A stretch of DNA of 64,000 nt, from assembly GCF_964204645.1 (NCBI RefSeq), contig NC_134025.1, positions 806,001 to 870,000 of the forward strand, read 5' to 3'. This DNA is from Tubulanus polymorphus (taxonomy: Eukaryota; Animalia; Nemertea). Of the stretch, positions 60,416 through 64,000 are shown piece after piece. How positions within the stretch are numbered: position 1 is the first letter of the stretch; each line of letters begins with the position of its first letter. The notes under the pieces were generated by a model, which had not been told where the DNA came from, made no database searches, and was given only the letters and a program-made list of their open reading frames with translations. The position numbers were made by a program, and so were the translations under genes.

Positions 60416-61924
60416 CTATATATCTCCGGGGTTCGCACCTTTTAAAACCATATACCTCCCCTTAACATCGACGAACATATCCGAACCAATAACTGTTTTA
60501 ATATCTCGCCGTGTTTTATCGCCGAACCCGCTGTACGTGTGCGTAAAAGCGTGGTTCGTGTAAGCAGATTTCGGCGGAGGTTTATTCTGAAAGTTCTGAG
60601 CTTTCAGCCACGCGCAAATCTTCTTTTTCCGAGGCGACGAATTTGCGTCGACGTTCACAGCGCTACATTTCTGTCTCAGAAAATCGGCTGCATCGACGCT
60701 GATATCCGGATTAAAGTTATTATGATAAGGCACATAAACCGAATCACAAATCGAGACGGCCGAATCATTATTCGATGACTTGTATTCCTCTAAAGCCCTG
60801 GCCACCATTATCGGACCTGCTTTTCCTAATAAATCGTTCGCTTTCGTTCGTTTATGCGCTGCTTCCAAATTACGAATGATATGCGCGAAGAACCTATGAC
60901 CCGGCGTTGACATGATGATGGCGCTCAAGGGAATAGTCTGTAGACCATGCGCCAGGACTGTATGGGCTTCATTATCCTCGGGGATCAGTAGCGAATGAGA
61001 ACGCGTTAGTTTCTCATCCCATCGTTTTAACGCAGAAACGTCGAGATCGGCGTAAACACCACCGAATTCATACATTATAAAAAAACCTCATAGCATCAGC
61101 GCGATTCATATAAACCGGGTAACTACGAAACAGTTGGATGTATCTCGGGAATCGTCTGCTAATAAATTCATCGGTCGTGTTCGCCGTCCAGAACCGGTTT
61201 TCCCAATCGGGTTGATATTTGCGCCAGGTTTCGACGTATTTGATCAAAGTTCCCGGAACCATCTCAGTGTTCCAAGTTTGGTGAAGTCGTTTTGGTATCT
61301 TTGAAAGAGATAAGATAGAAAAAAACTTTTTGATACAATTTCTAAATTTCATACGGAAATTTCATTTTATCGTTTTCTATATAAAAAACAAAATTATGCT
61401 AAATTAGAATATGATATATTGATAAGGAGTCTGCAGGGAATTCATTAATGTTTCATGTCCATTTTTCATGCATTTCTGAGCTGAGAAATTTTCTTTAAGC
61501 GCCAATAAAATGGAGACTATATCATACCGAACCAGAATGTTTATAGAAACTAAATTGAGGAAAGGATAGAACTTCACTTTTTTTCGCTTTATCGTAAAGT
61601 TATTTCTCAAACGGAAAGCGGTAGAAATAATGAGAAAAAAGTGAATAAAATGAATTGAAATGTTTCGATACTAACCGCATTACATCCATTGTGTTCTGGT
61701 AACTTCATTTGTTCAATTAAAACAGCCAGTTCATCCTTATATGACACTGGAACTTTTATACCTTTTAGTAGATCGATATCATTATGAACGCTGAGTCGTG
61801 AAATATAACGACTCAATTTATGATCATCGTTCATATTTCTCGATAGATAAATCATTATAAAAATTACTACCAAACAAACTCCGCCAAATATCAGTAACTT
61901 GTTAGTTGTGTACATGATTGTCAT
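60416..61924 (-). CDS. Glycosyltransferase family 32 (DxD sugar-binding; type II Golgi membrane protein), frameshifted as assembled
   Basis: N-terminal TM LLIFGGVCLVVIFIMIYL; IPKRLHQTW, WRKYQPDWENRFW, RADAMRFF, YEFGGVYADLDV, IMSTPGHRFF, AGPIMV. There is one extra base in the A7 run at 61079-61085. Confidence 0.82.
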
Positions 61925-62591
61925 TTCACTTTTGAATCTATATCAGGACTCGCTGTGACACCCGTGCGGTGTTCACTGTCAAGTCGTGGATCGGGACGCC
62001 CGCCCTGCTCAGCCAGTCAGAAATACATCGATTATAATTTGAACCAATAGTTTAACACTGCATTATGATAATTAAGTGATCAATATATGAATTACGTTTA
62101 TGATACCTTTTTCTATTTCGCGTTCTTGAACTGATTTGAAAAAAAGTTTGTGTCGGTGTTGTGCGTGTTCACGTTGGCCCGAATCAACTACAATACTAAG
62201 TGTTTGGTTTACATTCTTACATGGTTGGGGACGAGACAATTTCTAATCGATTCTTAACAGGGATCATATCTCATACATATATATGACATTGATAACATAC
62301 GTTCATCACATAGAATCATTGATAGAACAATATCGGAACAAAAGACTGGTCACCTTACAGACCTTACAGCGATAATACACTTCCAACCATAAACCGACCT
62401 GGCCTCATCCTGTTTGAACTTCGGCCGTATCTTCTGTCGTAACACGACGCCTCATATTGGACGTCAAATGGCCTTCAACTGCAAAATAGCTACATAATTC
62501 AATAGCTGACATTAATTTCAATTTCATGACGTAATTTTATTAGTTACCTAGTTACCGTCGCGTAGATGTGATAACCATAGTTACTAGAAAC

Positions 62592-64000
62592 ATGGACGTC
62601 TCTACGATGCGATACGCCTGGGAGGAAACTGCTTCCGCGAATAGAAATAGAATTCATAATCTTTTATACGAATTTAACGAATTTATTGACAGTATGGATG
62701 ACATCGACAACGTGAAAGAAGATAATACATCGCTACAAAAACAAGTTTTCGTCGAATCTAACCCGCTGAGCTACCAGGGTATCACCACAGCTAACCCGCT
62801 AAGCTACCAGGGTATCACCACAGCTAACCCGCTAAGCTACCAGGGTATCCCCACAGCTAACCCGCTAAGCTACCAGGGTATCACCACGGCTATCCCGAAA
62901 TCACAATATCAGCATAAAACGGCTGATTTAAACAATCTTTTCAATGTTATATCAGAAGAACATCGAATTTGTGAAAATACGCACATTCAGGTAAATAATA
63001 ATCAGTTCATTATAAATTCCTCATATCATTTCTAAAAATTGTTTTAAGGTTATTGATTTAACTCAGTTCATGTCGATATTCCAAACCTTAATTTATCGGA
63101 AAATTTTGATATTTATCTAAAACTCATCTTCTGAAGAAACAGTTATTTTCTGAAGCTGGCATTTAGAATCTTGAAAAAAAACTGTCAAATAAAGTTTGAG
63201 ATATCAACATTGAGTTTGTTATTATTCATGATATTCTACACTGAGGGAATACATATTGTTAAATGCACCGAAGAAACATGAAAAATATTAACAATTTATT
63301 TCATCAGTTTAGCAGAATTCTCGATCAGATGGCTGAAGAACGATCAATAATGAATAAACGAAGTGAAGATGATCAAAAGACTATAGAATTCCTCGTTAAA
63401 AATCTATCAGAATTAAAACAGCAGCAGCAGCAGCACCAACACCAACAGCAGCAGCGCCAGCAGCTACAGTCTGACCCCACAGGGACCCTAGTACAAGATA
63501 ATGACTTAACTAATAAGGTTTGTCTATTAATTTAGAAGTTTATTTATTTTTTTCGGACGTCAATTCCTCAATAGTATTTATGAAAATAGGATGCGCGAAC
63601 CACTGAATTTGATGCCAGCTACTACAGGCTCGAACATGGGACTAAAAACATTCTATATTATGATATTCCGATAGATGGCGCATGTGAAATGCGGCGCTTC
63701 GAAAGACTTCAATTCTACGAATTCCGATAAACGATGGCGAACGTTTACTCTGCTATGGATATATACAATCCATCCATAGAATATTTACAATAATTTAATT
63801 TCAGGTAAAAGAATTAAAAGTTCAAATAGATGAACTGCAGAATGCTATAGTGATACGAGACGGTGAATTGTGTGGACTTCGAATTCATTTGTCAGAAAAA
63901 CAGAAACAACTCGAAACAGTGAATAATAAACTGCAGTTGACAGAACGACAGTTACAAGATCTGACAGAGATACATCGATTGAAACAGATTGAGGGTGATT
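62592..64000 (+). CDS. Uncharacterised coiled-coil protein, 5' part (exons about 62592-62990, 63308-63517, 63805-64000+)
   Basis: Open frames joined by phase-0 GT-AG junctions; heptad-rich VKELKVQIDELQNAIVIRDGELCGLRIHLSEKQKQLETVNNKLQLTERQLQDL; short polyQ. Confidence 0.65.
62758..62893 (+). repeat. 33-bp in-frame coding tandem repeat (ANPLSYQGITT, about 4 copies)
   Basis: Seen directly within the exon. Confidence 0.9.

Overview
This is AT-rich eukaryotic (animal) genomic DNA with many short GT-AG introns. The gene content suggests a compact marine invertebrate genome, probably lophotrochozoan, but the species cannot be fixed from the sequence. In order, the window holds: a tandem array of three equilibrative nucleoside transporter (ENT/SLC29) paralogs (minus strand, the first cut off by the window edge); a Shisa-family membrane protein with an unusual Ser/Tyr/Arg-rich N-terminal arm; head-to-head NAA40 and WDR74; an uncharacterised two-exon gene head-to-head with an mARC/MOSC gene; a divergent Rab1-like GTPase; a duplicated pair of small secreted Cys-rich PAN/apple-like genes; two large paralogous cadherin-related genes flanking a single-exon class A GPCR; a GT32 (DxD) glycosyltransferase with a homopolymer frameshift; and the start of a coiled-coil gene. 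Introns are rich in MITEs (Harbinger-like with CWG TSD; Tc1/mariner- or pogo-like with TA TSD), SINE/LINE fragments, minisatellites and Penelope-like remnants carrying minimal hammerhead-ribozyme motifs. The most interesting items are the cadherins capped by 4-5 exon-shuffled Cys-containing CARDB-like repeats, the TSD-flanked hammerhead element, the PAN-like secreted gene pair, the ENT gene-conversion mosaic and splice-donor minisatellite, and substitutions at conserved positions in mARC and Rab1. All exon boundaries were read by eye and may be off by a few bases.
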